DNA of 64,000 bases from Synechococcus sp. (GCA_047285805.1 JBJBCN010000002.1:1312001-1376000), one strand, 5' to 3'; shown: positions 37,254 to 47,481, counted from the first letter of the stretch. Notes: generated by a model not told the origin, from the sequence alone. Program-made: numbers and translations.

Positions 37254-37273
37254 GCCGCTTAAGACCGGCGGGA

Positions 37274-37296
37274 TTTTGTCGGAAGTTTTGTCGGAA
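37274..37296 (+). repeat. Arm-type repeats, element A right end
   Basis: TTTTGTCGGAA twice. Confidence 0.85.
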
Positions 37297-37351
37297 AGCG
37301 ATTTTCGAGGATCTGGCGTAATACCAAGATCCCCTGCACTGGAATGATTTG

Positions 37352-37621
37352 AAGGGGCCTTCCAGCCCCCACGGATCATTTGGTTGATAAGGCTGATCTA
37401 ACCCCATCTCCCTTAATTAGGGTCAGGCGGCCACAGGGGCGGTCTGACGGGAGAAACGAACGATGTTGTTCGCTGTTACGGGTTCGCTCTAACCGAGCAG
37501 GCTTCAGTCACCCTCCTCATGCCCCGTCGAAACCATTGCAGCCCCTTGGAATGGAGCTGAGCGGAATCGAACCGCTGTCCGAAACACTGGTGTGAGCCAC
37601 CTAGTCCGATCAAGACCGGAC
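37352..37621 (-). ncRNA. ssrA: Permuted two-piece tmRNA; tag ANNIVRFSRQTAPVAA (37423-37473)
   Basis: Acceptor piece ending GGTTCGATTCCGCTCAGCTCCA precedes the coding piece starting GGGGCTGCAATGGTTTCGAC; terminal hairpin GGGGCTGGAAGGCCCC. Confidence 0.95.
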
Positions 37622-37698
37622 TTCTTCATTGTGCAGGGTGAACGCACAATGAGAGAGGCCGCCCGATGGACGGGTGACCGACCGCGTTCATCAATGAC

Positions 37699-38868
37699 AT
37701 GACAGAGGCCTGGCGCCAGCAGTCCCATCGCCGCAGCGGCCTCATCCAAGGGATTGCGGTGCTCCCCCAGGGCCTGGAGGAGATTGGCGCTGACGAGCTC
37801 ATCAAGCTGGGGGCCAAACAGGTGCAACCCCTCCGGCGCGCCGCGGCCTTCGAAGCCGACATGGCCTGCCTCTATCGGCTCCATCTGCAAAGCCGCTACC
37901 CCTTCCGCTTCCTTCGGGAAATGGCGCGGTTCCCCTGCCATGACCGCGAGTCCCTCTACTTCGGCATCCAGAATTCCCTCGACTGGCAGCGTTGGCTGCA
38001 CCCCTCCATGAGCTTCCGTGTGGATGTCAGCGGAAGCAACCCGGGGCTCAGCCATAGCCACTACACGGCCCTACAGGTCAAAAACGCCGTGGTCGACCTG
38101 CAGCGGGATCTCTGGGGGGAGCGATCCTCCATCGATATCGAGGAACCGGATCTCTCCCTCCATGTCCACCTCAACCGCCAGGAAGCCCTGCTCAGCCTGG
38201 ATGGCTCCGGGGGCAGCCTGCATCGCCGGGGCTACCGCAGCGCCATGGGCCTGGCCCCCCTCAAGGAAAACCTGGCTGCCGGTTTGGTTCGCCTCAGTGG
38301 CTGGGATGGGACCACTCCCCTGGTAGACCCCCTCTGCGGCTCGGGCACGCTCTTGATCGAAGCCGCCAGCTGGGCCATCTCCCAAGCTCCCGGCCTGCAT
38401 CGCCCCTTTGCCCTCGAGGGCTGGGCCGACTTCAACGCCGAGCTCTGGGAGGAGGAACAACGACGGGCCCAGGCCCGGGAGCAACCGCTCAGCACCCTGC
38501 CCGTGCTGCTGGGCTGCGAACAGAACCCGAGCGTCGCCGATCAAGCCCGCCACAACGTCCAGGCCGCCAGCCTGGGCGACGCGATCACGATCCAAACCGG
38601 TGACTTCCGCACGCTGGAGCTACCCAGCGGCCCCGGGGTCCTGGTCTGCAACCCGCCTTATGGCGAGCGGATTGGCGAACGGGAGGAACTCGAACAGCTC
38701 TACGCCGATCTGGGGGCCATGGTGAAAGAGCTCTGCAGCGGCTGGAGCCTCTGGCTACTGAGCGGAAACCCTGAGCTCACCGGAGCCCTGCGGATGAAAG
38801 CCAGCCGGCGCATTCCCGTAAGCAATGGCGGCATCGATTGCCGCTGGCTCCACTACGAGATTCGTTAG
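37699..38868 (+). CDS. THUMP-domain class I RNA methyltransferase (RlmL-like); start uncertain
   Basis: SLHRRGYR, APLKENLAA, DPLCGSGT, NPPYG. Confidence 0.9.
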   Translation: MTEAWRQQSHRRSGLIQGIAVLPQGLEEIGADELIKLGAKQVQPLRRAAAFEADMACLYRLHLQSRYPFRFLREMARFPCHDRESLYFGIQNSLDWQRWLHPSMSFRVDVSGSNPGLSHSHYTALQVKNAVVDLQRDLWGERSSIDIEEPDLSLHVHLNRQEALLSLDGSGGSLHRRGYRSAMGLAPLKENLAAGLVRLSGWDGTTPLVDPLCGSGTLLIEAASWAISQAPGLHRPFALEGWADFNAELWEEEQRRAQAREQPLSTLPVLLGCEQNPSVADQARHNVQAASLGDAITIQTGDFRTLELPSGPGVLVCNPPYGERIGEREELEQLYADLGAMVKELCSGWSLWLLSGNPELTGALRMKASRRIPVSNGGIDCRWLHYEIR

Positions 38869-38872
38869 CACC

Positions 38873-40198
38873 ATGGGCCATTTGCTGGCGAGTACCCAGG
38901 GACTCATGAGCGTCCCGCTTGAGATGCAACTGCTGTTTATCGGCGCGGTTTATCTCGGGACGTTGATCATCAGTCGCTTCTCCATTCGGATGGGTCTTCC
39001 CGCCGTGCTGGGCGTCCTGCTCTTAGGGCTCCTGATCAATCTCCAGGTCTTGGATGTGCATCCCTCGGAGGTGGAGCGCCTCCAGACCTTCTCCCTGGCC
39101 CTGCTGCTCTTTTATGCCGGCCTCAAAACAGACATCCAAGCGATTCGGGGCTTCCTGAAGTACGGACTCGTCCTCGCCATTGCCGGGGTCGCCATCTCGA
39201 CCCTGGTGCTGGGGGCCGTCATCGTCTGGCTGACGTCCCAAAGCGGCAGTGCTATCACCCCAGGACTCGGTAACGCCATCCCCCTTGGGGCAGCGCTTTT
39301 GGTGGCGGCCTGCCTGGGGTCTACGGATGCCGGCGCAACCCTCGGGGTGCTGCGCCAGGTCAAACGCCATGTTCCTCAAAAAGTGCAGGACCTGCTGGAA
39401 TTCGAATCCTCGGTGAATGACCCTTCGGCTCTGATTCTGTTCAGCGTTGCCGCCAGTCTCTTCACCGTTGGCGCGCAAGGACAAGCCCTCCCTGATGTCG
39501 TCATCGGAGCCTTCTCGAGCCTGCTGCAAAAAACGGGCTCAGGCGTCTTGGTGGGCCTGGGCTTTGGCTACATCGCCCGCTTGATGATTAACCGCTTAGT
39601 GGTCGACCGCGAGCAACTACTGATCGTGGCGATCTCCATCGCCTTTATGGATTACGGCTGCACCCAAATTCTCGGCGGATCTGGCTTTGTCGCGGTTTAC
39701 ATCACTGGTCTTTTGATGACCAACGAGCACTACAACAGACCTGAGATCAATCACCAAAGCATCCAAGACGTGTTGCTGCCGTTCAACACGATGACGGAGA
39801 TCAGCATCTTCTTCATTTTTGGTTTGCTGGTGAACCCGAATCAGCTGCTCCCGGCCCTGCCCACCGGCCTGGCTACCGCTGCGGTCCTGATGCTCCTCGC
39901 CCGCCCCTTGAGCGTCCTGATCTTTCAACGGCTATCGCCCTTCAGCCTCAAGGAGTCCCTCTTAATTGCCTGGTGCGGCCTCCGCGGTGCGGTGCCCTTG
40001 GCGCTCTCCTTCAACGTCATGGCGGCCATCCCGATGCTGCGGGGGGTGCCCAGCGATACAAGTGCCAACTTTCTGGCTCAGAACTGCCAGGCCATCGTCT
40101 TCATCACGGTGATGATCAACCTCAGCCTGCAGGGCATCTCCCTACCCAGCCTCTGCCGCTGGCTCAGCGACCGACCAACGCCCGGGTCGTCTTCATAA
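38873..40198 (+). CDS. Cation:proton antiporter (NhaP2/CvrA-like)
   Basis: STDA, FESSVNDP, GLRGAVPLAL; multiple transmembrane helices. Confidence 0.88.
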   Translation: MGHLLASTQGLMSVPLEMQLLFIGAVYLGTLIISRFSIRMGLPAVLGVLLLGLLINLQVLDVHPSEVERLQTFSLALLLFYAGLKTDIQAIRGFLKYGLVLAIAGVAISTLVLGAVIVWLTSQSGSAITPGLGNAIPLGAALLVAACLGSTDAGATLGVLRQVKRHVPQKVQDLLEFESSVNDPSALILFSVAASLFTVGAQGQALPDVVIGAFSSLLQKTGSGVLVGLGFGYIARLMINRLVVDREQLLIVAISIAFMDYGCTQILGGSGFVAVYITGLLMTNEHYNRPEINHQSIQDVLLPFNTMTEISIFFIFGLLVNPNQLLPALPTGLATAAVLMLLARPLSVLIFQRLSPFSLKESLLIAWCGLRGAVPLALSFNVMAAIPMLRGVPSDTSANFLAQNCQAIVFITVMINLSLQGISLPSLCRWLSDRPTPGSSS

Positions 40199-40574
40199 GG
40201 CCCGCGAACGTTTCCGGCAGGTAGGGCCCTTTGGTCAACAGACCTCCGATTCGAAGGAAGAGGCCGCTCAAGAGAAGGTTCACGCCCATCACCCCAAGGG
40301 CGGCGTGGATCCAGCTCCAACCCCAGCCCTGATTCAGCCCGACCAGGAGCGCCACATCGGCCGCCAACCAGGCCATCAGGAGAGCGGAGAAACCCGCCAT
40401 CAGCAGTACCACGCCGCCGATAAGGCGCCGCTTCTCCCGATCGGCCTCCTTCAGGGCAATGCGGACATGCAGGTCCATCACCGAGGCGACCAGACCGGTA
40501 ATCCGAGACGCCGCCTTCAGGGGAACCCCACGCCGAGGAGCATCTTGCTGAGGAGAAGAGTCGGAGCTGGTCAT
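40164..40574 (-). CDS. YqjE/holin-X-like membrane protein
   Basis: DLHVRIALKEADREKRR plus two transmembrane helices; paired with the DUF883-like gene. Confidence 0.75.
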   Translation of the reverse strand: MTSSDSSPQQDAPRRGVPLKAASRITGLVASVMDLHVRIALKEADREKRRLIGGVVLLMAGFSALLMAWLAADVALLVGLNQGWGWSWIHAALGVMGVNLLLSGLFLRIGGLLTKGPYLPETFAGLMKTTRALVGR

Positions 40575-41077
40575 GACGAACGGCGGCCGGAGAGCATCAG
40601 ACCCAACAACAGACCCACTCCAGCAGCCAAACCCAAGGCCATCAAGGGGCGTTCCCGCACGGGCTTCTCAATACGCGGCCGCAAAGTCGTGTTGAGGTCG
40701 TCCAGCAACTGCTCGAGCTGCTCCTCCAGGGGCCGCAGGGAATCCGCCCATTGCTGGGCCTGGTCCTCGCCGAGGGTCAGCAGATCCAAAAGCTGATCCT
40801 TGACCCCCTCGCTGGTGCGTCCGGTCTGGCGAGCGATCACCTCAACCACATTGTCCAAACTGCCGCGGGTGGCCTCCAGGGTGTGGCGAGCCACCTCGGG
40901 CCACTGCCGCTGGATCGTCGGCAGAAACTGCTCAAAGTGCTCGCGGAACAGGGTCGCGACCGGGGAGACGGGCTCGGTCTCAGGCGGCTCGTCCAGTTCC
41001 TGCTCGATCTTGTCCTGCCAGGGCTGCTCCGGCGTGGGCTCCTTGGGGACACCTTTGCTGGTCGTGCCTAAGTCCAT
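40571..41077 (-). CDS. YqjD/ElaB (DUF883)-like protein
   Basis: C-terminal VRERPLMALGLAAGVGLLLG. Confidence 0.75.
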   Translation of the reverse strand: MDLGTTSKGVPKEPTPEQPWQDKIEQELDEPPETEPVSPVATLFREHFEQFLPTIQRQWPEVARHTLEATRGSLDNVVEVIARQTGRTSEGVKDQLLDLLTLGEDQAQQWADSLRPLEEQLEQLLDDLNTTLRPRIEKPVRERPLMALGLAAGVGLLLGLMLSGRRSS

Positions 41078-41168
41078 GGGGCCGTGGGACAGCTAACACA
41101 CCGTAATGACCATGCCTTGAAATCGACAGCGGGTCGGCTACCTTTCTGGTGCTCGACGCTCGGGCCTG

Positions 41169-44100
41169 TTGGTTCACATCAATCAGGTAGAGCTGACCCA
41201 CTTCAAGTCCTTTGGAGGATCGGTGTCGATCCCACTGGACGAAGGCTTTACGGTAGTCACCGGCCCCAATGGCTCCGGCAAAAGCAACATCCTTGACGGG
41301 GTTCTTTTTTGTCTGGGCCTCGCCAGCAGCCGCGGGATGCGGGCTGATCGACTCCCCGACCTCGTCAACAGCTCCAAGCTGAAGCAGGGCAAGGCCGCCG
41401 AAACGGTGGTCTCCGTTCGCTTTGACCTCAGCGAGTGGCAGCCCGATGAGGCTGAACAGGGCCTGGAGGCCCCCGAAGAGGGGCCCTGGATCAAACCCGG
41501 GCAAACCGAGTGGACCGTGACCCGTCGGCTGCGCATCGCCCCGGGCGGCACCTACGCCAGCACGTACAGCGCCGACGGAGTCCCCTGCAACCTCCAGCAG
41601 CTCCAAACCCAGCTCCGGCGCCTGCGGGTGGACCCCGAAGGCAGCAACGTTGTCATGCAGGGCGACGTTACCCGCATTGTCTCGATGAGTTCCCGGGACC
41701 GCCGCGGAATCATCGACGAATTGGCCGGGGTGGCGCTCTTTGACTCCCGGATCGAGCAGACCCGCTCCAAACTCTCCGACGTCCAAGACCGGGAGGAGCG
41801 CTGCGCCATCGTCCAGCAGGAACTTCTGGTCTCCCGCCAGAAGCTTGAGCGGGACTGCGCCAAGGCGCGCACCTATCAGGAGCTGCGGGACCGCTTCCAG
41901 CGAGGCCGGCTCCAGGAGCAAGTGCTGGGCTTCGAACAGGCCGAGAGCCAGTTCAAGCAGCTGCAAAGCCGTCAGGAAGCGCTGAAACACCAGCAGGACA
42001 GCGAGCGCCAAAGCGTCATCGAAGGCAGGACCGCCCTCGAAAGTGCCGCCACGGCCCTCGAGGCGCTGCAAGCCGAGGTCAAGGCCCTCGGGGAAGACCA
42101 GTTACTGGCGGTTCAATCTGAGCTGGCGGGACTCGAGGCCAGCTCCCGGGAACTCAGCCGCCAGGCCGAGAAGCACCAGCAGGGCGCCGAAGAGCTGCAG
42201 CGCCAACGGATGGAGCTGGGGCGTCATCAGGCCGACCTCAAGCAACAGCAGAGCCAGCTGAACAGCGCCGACGACCAAGCCAGCCTCGAGCAGGCCGAAG
42301 CCAATTGCCGCGGCGCAGAAGCCGCCGTCGAACTCTCCCGCCGGCGCCTCGGGGAAGTGGCCGGCCGCAGCGGCAGCTGGCTCGAAGAACAAAAAAAGCG
42401 CAGCCGCCAACGCCAGGACATCCAGTCCAAGCTCTCCCCGCTGCAGGCCGAGCAACAGCAACTCGTCGAGCGCCTGCGTCAGGAGGAGGAGCGCCTGGGC
42501 GAACTCCAGGAGCAACTCCAGCAGGACTCCGCCAGCAGCGATGGGGTCTCCAGCTCCTTGACCGCGCTCGCGAAAGAGTGGCAACAGCTCCTCGACGACC
42601 TCAAAGCCCAGCAGACCCGCGCCCAGGAGATCGCCGAAGCCCTCGCCCTCCAGCAGCGCACCCGCCAGCGGCTCGAACAGGAGCAGGTCAGCCTGGAGAG
42701 GGAGATCGCCCGGATGGAATCCCGGCGCGAAACCATCCAGGAAAGCCGCGGGACAGGGGCTCTGCGCCTGCTGCTGGAGGCCGGACTCGAGGGCATCCAT
42801 GGTCCCGTCGCCCAACTCGGCGACGTGGAAGAAGCCCATCGCCTGGCCCTCGAAGTGGCCGCAGGGGCCCGCCTCGGCCAGGTCGTGGTCGATGACGACC
42901 GCATTGCGGCCCGGGCGATCGATCTGCTCAAAAGCCGCAGGGCCGGACGGCTGACCTTCCTGCCCCTCAACAAGATCCGCGGCGGCGGGGCTGCGATGCG
43001 CAATGGCGCCGCGTTCGAGCGAGGCGGTAGTGCCGTGGGCGGTGACGGTCTGGTGGGCCGCGCCGTGGAGCTGGTGCGCTTCGAACCCGTCTATGGCGAG
43101 GTCTTCCGCTACGTCTTCGGCGACACCCTGGTCTTCCGGGATCTCGCCAGCGCCCGCCGCGAACTGGGCCGCTGCCGCGCCGTCACCCTCGATGGCGAAC
43201 TGCTCGAGAAGAGCGGGGCCATGACCGGAGGCAGCTTCCAGCAGCGGGGCAACCAACTGAGCTTTGGCGCGGCCAGCGACGCCGATGAAGCCGAGCCCCT
43301 GCGCCGGCGCCTGCTGGAGCTCGGTGAAACCCTGCTGGCCTGTAAGCGCAAAGAGTCCGATCTCGGACGGGCCCTCGAGGAACTGCGCCCGCAGCTCAGC
43401 CGCCTCGAGCAGCGCAAAGCCGCCCTTGAGGCCGAACGCATGGCCGCCCAACGGTCCCATGGCCCCCTGCAGGAGCGGCGCGATCAGCTGACGACACGGA
43501 TCAAGCAGATCGAGACCGACCTCAGCGGCGGTCAGCAGCGGCTGCAAACCATCGCCACGGAACTCAGCCCGCTGCAACAGTCCCTGCAGGAACTGGAAGC
43601 CAGCGAAACCAGCGCCCAGGCCAGCGGCGACAGCGAGCGTTGGCAGGGACTCCAGCAGGAACTCGAAGTCGCCGACGCCGCCCTGACCAAGGCCAGGCAG
43701 GAACGGGACAACTTGCTAGCCGCCCGCCGTGAGAGGGGACTGGCCGCGGAGCGGGTCAGCAGCCAACTGCAGGCCCTCGGTGGCGAAGAACAGCGACTAG
43801 CCCAAGCCGTGAACGCCCTGATCGCCGAGCGCAGCCAATGGAAGGAGCAACACCAGGCCGACCAGCAGAAGCGCAGCGAACTCGAGACCAAACAACAGGA
43901 GCTGCAAACCCGCTTCGGTGAACGGCGCCGCGCCCGCGATGAAGCCGAGGCCCAACTCGCCAAGCAGCGCCAGGGCCTGCAGCAGCAGGAGTGGGAACTA
44001 CAGCGCCTCGGCGAAGAACTCCTGGCCCTGGCCGAGGAGGAGCGCAGCAGCGGCGCTCGGCTCGAGCAGCTGCAGCTGGAGCTTCCCGATCCCCTGCCAG

Positions 44101-44774
44101 AGATTCCCGACGAGGTGCGCGAGAACGGCCTAGAAGCCCTTCAGGCCGAACTCAAGAGCCTGCGGCAGCGGATGGAGGCTCTTGAGCCGGTCAACATGCT
44201 CGCCCTGCAGGAGCTCGAGGAGCTGGAGACCCGGCTAGCGGACCTGCAGGAGCGCCTCGATGTCCTCTGCAAGGAGCGCGAGGAACTGCTACTGCGGATC
44301 GAGACCGTGGCGACCCTGCGCCAGGAGGCCTTCATGGAGGCCTTCAAGGCCGTCGATGAACACTTCCGCGACATCTTTGCGGGCCTCTCCGATGGCGAAG
44401 GATTCCTGCAACTGGAGAACCCCGAGGCACCGCTCGAAGGGGGGCTGAACCTCGTGGCCCACCCCAAGGGAAAAGCGGTACGCCGCCTGGCCTCCATGAG
44501 CGGTGGCGAAAAGTCCCTGACCGCCCTGAGCTTCCTCTTTGCGCTGCAGCGCTTCCGTCCCTCCCCCTTCTATGCCCTCGATGAGGTCGACAGCTTCCTC
44601 GATGGCGTCAACGTCGAGCGTTTGGCCACATTGATCGCCCAGCAGGCCGATGCCGCCCAGTTCCTCGTGGTCAGCCACCGCCGTCCGATGATTGGAGCAG
44701 CCACCCGCACCATCGGTGTGACACAGGCCCGCGGTGCCCACACCCAAGTGGTGGGATTACCCCAAGCGGCGTAA
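41169..44774 (+). CDS. smc: Chromosome segregation protein SMC
   Basis: GPNGSGKSN, hinge (GRLTFLPL), MSGGEKSL, LDEVD. Confidence 0.98.
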   Translation: MVHINQVELTHFKSFGGSVSIPLDEGFTVVTGPNGSGKSNILDGVLFCLGLASSRGMRADRLPDLVNSSKLKQGKAAETVVSVRFDLSEWQPDEAEQGLEAPEEGPWIKPGQTEWTVTRRLRIAPGGTYASTYSADGVPCNLQQLQTQLRRLRVDPEGSNVVMQGDVTRIVSMSSRDRRGIIDELAGVALFDSRIEQTRSKLSDVQDREERCAIVQQELLVSRQKLERDCAKARTYQELRDRFQRGRLQEQVLGFEQAESQFKQLQSRQEALKHQQDSERQSVIEGRTALESAATALEALQAEVKALGEDQLLAVQSELAGLEASSRELSRQAEKHQQGAEELQRQRMELGRHQADLKQQQSQLNSADDQASLEQAEANCRGAEAAVELSRRRLGEVAGRSGSWLEEQKKRSRQRQDIQSKLSPLQAEQQQLVERLRQEEERLGELQEQLQQDSASSDGVSSSLTALAKEWQQLLDDLKAQQTRAQEIAEALALQQRTRQRLEQEQVSLEREIARMESRRETIQESRGTGALRLLLEAGLEGIHGPVAQLGDVEEAHRLALEVAAGARLGQVVVDDDRIAARAIDLLKSRRAGRLTFLPLNKIRGGGAAMRNGAAFERGGSAVGGDGLVGRAVELVRFEPVYGEVFRYVFGDTLVFRDLASARRELGRCRAVTLDGELLEKSGAMTGGSFQQRGNQLSFGAASDADEAEPLRRRLLELGETLLACKRKESDLGRALEELRPQLSRLEQRKAALEAERMAAQRSHGPLQERRDQLTTRIKQIETDLSGGQQRLQTIATELSPLQQSLQELEASETSAQASGDSERWQGLQQELEVADAALTKARQERDNLLAARRERGLAAERVSSQLQALGGEEQRLAQAVNALIAERSQWKEQHQADQQKRSELETKQQELQTRFGERRRARDEAEAQLAKQRQGLQQQEWELQRLGEELLALAEEERSSGARLEQLQLELPDPLPEIPDEVRENGLEALQAELKSLRQRMEALEPVNMLALQELEELETRLADLQERLDVLCKEREELLLRIETVATLRQEAFMEAFKAVDEHFRDIFAGLSDGEGFLQLENPEAPLEGGLNLVAHPKGKAVRRLASMSGGEKSLTALSFLFALQRFRPSPFYALDEVDSFLDGVNVERLATLIAQQADAAQFLVVSHRRPMIGAATRTIGVTQARGAHTQVVGLPQAA

Positions 44775-44809
44775 CCAAGCCCCGCCAGCTTTTCGGTCAA
44801 AATGCGCCC

Positions 44810-45733
44810 ATGACAAGCACCCCACCCGGAAGCGACCCCGCGGCCACCCCAAGCGATCGCCTTTGGCTGCGCTCGGAGCTTATGGGCACCCAGGTGATCA
44901 CCCGCGACACCGGACGGCGTCTGGGTGTGGTGGGCGAAGTCGTCGTCGATATCGACCGCCGCGAGGTGGTCTCCCTGGGCCTGCGCGACAACCCGCTGAC
45001 CCGTTTCCTGCCGGGCCTGCCACGCTGGATGCCCCTGGAGAGCATTCGCCAGGTGGGCGACGTGATCCTGGTGGATTCCGCGGACTCTCTCTCCGAGAAC
45101 TTCGATCCGGACCGGTACTCCCGGGTGATCAACTGCCAGGTGATCACCGAATCGGGCGAACAGCTGGGCCGGGTGCTGGGCTTCAGCTTTGACATCGAAA
45201 CCGGCGAGCTCACCACCTTGGTGATCGGGGCCGTCGGCGTTCCCCTGCTCGGGGAAGGGGTGCTGAGCACCTGGGAGCTGACCGTTGAGGAGATCGTCAG
45301 CAGCGGACCCGACCGAATCATTGTTTATGAGGGCGCCGAGGAGAAGCTGAAGCAACTCGGCACCGGACTGCTGGAGAAGCTGGGCGTCGGTGGACCGAGC
45401 TGGGAGCAGGAGGAGCGCGAGCGCTATCGCCTCAACATGGTTCCGGTTGAGAACCAGCTGGCCGCCGGTCAACCAACGGCCCAAGAGGAACAGCGCCGGA
45501 TTGCACCGGCCACCAATCGCCGCTTCGAGCCGGAAGAGGATTACGACTACGTCGAGGTGGAGCAGCGCCGCGAACGGGAGCCCCTGCGCCAGCGCCGCTA
45601 TCTGGACGACGAGCCCACGCCACGCCGCTATGTGCGTGATGAGTCCCCGCTGGACGTGGAGCCCTATGAGCCCTACGACGAGCGGGCACCCATACCGCGA
45701 CGGCGGGAGCCCTCCGGCGGCGATCCCTGGTGA
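44810..45733 (+). CDS. PRC-barrel domain protein
   Basis: Two PRC-barrel repeats, charged tail. Confidence 0.85.
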   Translation: MTSTPPGSDPAATPSDRLWLRSELMGTQVITRDTGRRLGVVGEVVVDIDRREVVSLGLRDNPLTRFLPGLPRWMPLESIRQVGDVILVDSADSLSENFDPDRYSRVINCQVITESGEQLGRVLGFSFDIETGELTTLVIGAVGVPLLGEGVLSTWELTVEEIVSSGPDRIIVYEGAEEKLKQLGTGLLEKLGVGGPSWEQEERERYRLNMVPVENQLAAGQPTAQEEQRRIAPATNRRFEPEEDYDYVEVEQRREREPLRQRRYLDDEPTPRRYVRDESPLDVEPYEPYDERAPIPRRREPSGGDPW

Positions 45734-45745
45734 TGGGGGAAGGGA

Positions 45746-46147
45746 CTAGACCTTCTCCTCCTTGAAGTTCAGGGACGCAGAGTTAACGCAGTAACGCAGC
45801 CCGGTGGGTTTGGGACCGTCGTTGAAGACGTGACCTAGGTGGGCGTCACAGTTGGCGCACTTGATCTCGGTACGGACCATTCCGTGGCTGGTATCAGAGT
45901 GGATGCTGATGGCGCCCTCCTTGGCACCATCCCAGAAGCTCGGCCAGCCGGTGCCCGAGTTGAACTTGGTCTCGGAGCTAAAGAGCTCACTGCCGCAGCA
46001 GACGCAGCGGTACATGCCCTTCGCTTTGTTGTCCCAGTAGACCCCGGTGAAGGCCCGCTCGGTCCCCCCCATCCGGGCCACCTGGAACTGCTCAGGGGTG
46101 AGCTTCTCGCGCCATTGCTCGTGGTCGTGCCGGGCGGCGTCAGCCAT
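45746..46147 (-). CDS. msrB: Peptide-methionine (R)-S-oxide reductase
   Basis: [29 protein letters not shown]. Confidence 0.97.
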   Translation of the reverse strand: MADAARHDHEQWREKLTPEQFQVARMGGTERAFTGVYWDNKAKGMYRCVCCGSELFSSETKFNSGTGWPSFWDGAKEGAISIHSDTSHGMVRTEIKCANCDAHLGHVFNDGPKPTGLRYCVNSASLNFKEEKV

Positions 46148-46176
46148 CGCTGGAGATCCTGCGGATTGCGCTCAAA

Positions 46177-47481
46177 TTAGGCAGCGTCCACAGGGGACGG
46201 CGGCAGCAATTCCCGCACCATCGTGGCCAGGGCCGCCACGGCACCGGGCTGCCCTCTCAGGCTGCGCAGGTCCTCCCGCATCCCCTCCAACCGCTGGGGA
46301 TGGGACAACCAATCGGTGGCTTCCGCGGCGATCTCCTCAGGCGTGATCGCCCCGACACGCTCGGGCACCACCTGACGTTCCGCCGAGATGTTCGGCCAGG
46401 CCAAGAAGCCGTGGTTGCGCATCCGCCAGGCGGTCAAGGCCGCCCCCAACAGCCAGCGCAGCAAGGGCAAGCGAGCCAGGATCCCGATGCCCCCATCCCA
46501 GGCCTGCATCACATGCAGGTGCTGCGTGGGCACCAGAACGATCATCGGGACCCCAAGGGCCCCCAACTCCGCCGTGTTCGCCCCGACCGTGGTCAGCGCC
46601 AATTGGCATTGGCTGAGCACCCCATGGGCGGGCTGCTCCTCCACCAAACGAATTCGTGAGCCGGCAGGGGTGATCAGATCCTCGCCCTCAAGCCAGGGCT
46701 CCCCGGAGCCGTAGTGCTGGGCAATCGGATTGGCCGCGCTGCCATAAGCCACCAGCTCTGCAACGCTTGTGGTGGGGGCAACGGGCAGCAGAAAGCGGCA
46801 GCCGGGCCGCTGGGCGGCCAGGCGATCGGCGGCCTCCAGCAAAAACGGCATGCCCACCTGGAGCTTCGCCCTCTTGGATCCGGGCATCAACGCCACCCAT
46901 TCGCCCTGGGGCAGGGGGCGCTCCGAACGGGCGGCCTCCGAGAGATCGGCCATCAAGTCCCCCACCACTTGGCAGCGGGGCTGCCAGCGGCGGGAGAGGC
47001 GATCCGCGGCCGCTGGCCCCATCGCTGCAATCCGGTCGTTCCAGCGGGGCCAGCGGGCCACCCATTCGGCGTAGGTGATGTGGCGATAGCCCAGGCGGGC
47101 CGAGAGGAGCACCGTCCAGAACTGATCACCGCCGAGGAAGACCACCACACCGCGCCGTGGCCACCGCCCCCAGCGCTGCGGGCACAGCAGCAGGCTCCAG
47201 AAGCGTTTGGCGGGGCTGATCCGCTCAAACAGACCCATCCGCTCCGCCACCTGGTGCTCAATGCCCGTGGCATTGGGGCATGGAACCAGCACCAGCTGTA
47301 GCGCCATCTCCGCCCCTGGTATCACCGGGCGCAGGTCCAGTTCACGGTGAAGGCGCTGGGCCAGGGGGCGCACCCAAGTGGCAAGTTCGCCGGGGCCATT
47401 ACAAACCAGGACGATGCATGCTGGATCACTCCCGCCAGGGGGGGAATGCTGTTGCTGTTGCTCAGCGGCGGCAGGCTTCAC
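46177..47481 (-). CDS. Lipid-A-disaccharide synthase-like glycosyltransferase
   Basis: NGPGE, LMPGSK, GANTAEL. Confidence 0.8.
   Translation of the reverse strand: MKPAAAEQQQQHSPPGGSDPACIVLVCNGPGELATWVRPLAQRLHRELDLRPVIPGAEMALQLVLVPCPNATGIEHQVAERMGLFERISPAKRFWSLLLCPQRWGRWPRRGVVVFLGGDQFWTVLLSARLGYRHITYAEWVARWPRWNDRIAAMGPAAADRLSRRWQPRCQVVGDLMADLSEAARSERPLPQGEWVALMPGSKRAKLQVGMPFLLEAADRLAAQRPGCRFLLPVAPTTSVAELVAYGSAANPIAQHYGSGEPWLEGEDLITPAGSRIRLVEEQPAHGVLSQCQLALTTVGANTAELGALGVPMIVLVPTQHLHVMQAWDGGIGILARLPLLRWLLGAALTAWRMRNHGFLAWPNISAERQVVPERVGAITPEEIAAEATDWLSHPQRLEGMREDLRSLRGQPGAVAALATMVRELLPPSPVDAA

Larger units (their letters stand above)
28006..37391. mobile_element. Integrative element A, 9346 bp att-to-att (satellite/tycheposon-like)
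   Basis: att-flanked; integrase, Xis, primase-helicase, TerS-like gene, Xer; TTTGTCGGAA repeats at both ends. Confidence 0.9.

Noticed and set aside
37254..37379. N-terminal extensions of Xer (from 37379) and of the integrases (from 18464, 28128) in the ORF track
   Set aside because: They run through att and arm repeats; paralogue comparison supports starts at 37253, 18638 and 28206
40164..40574. Holin-family label as evidence of a prophage
   Set aside because: YqjE-like gene paired with DUF883 in core context; no phage genes adjacent
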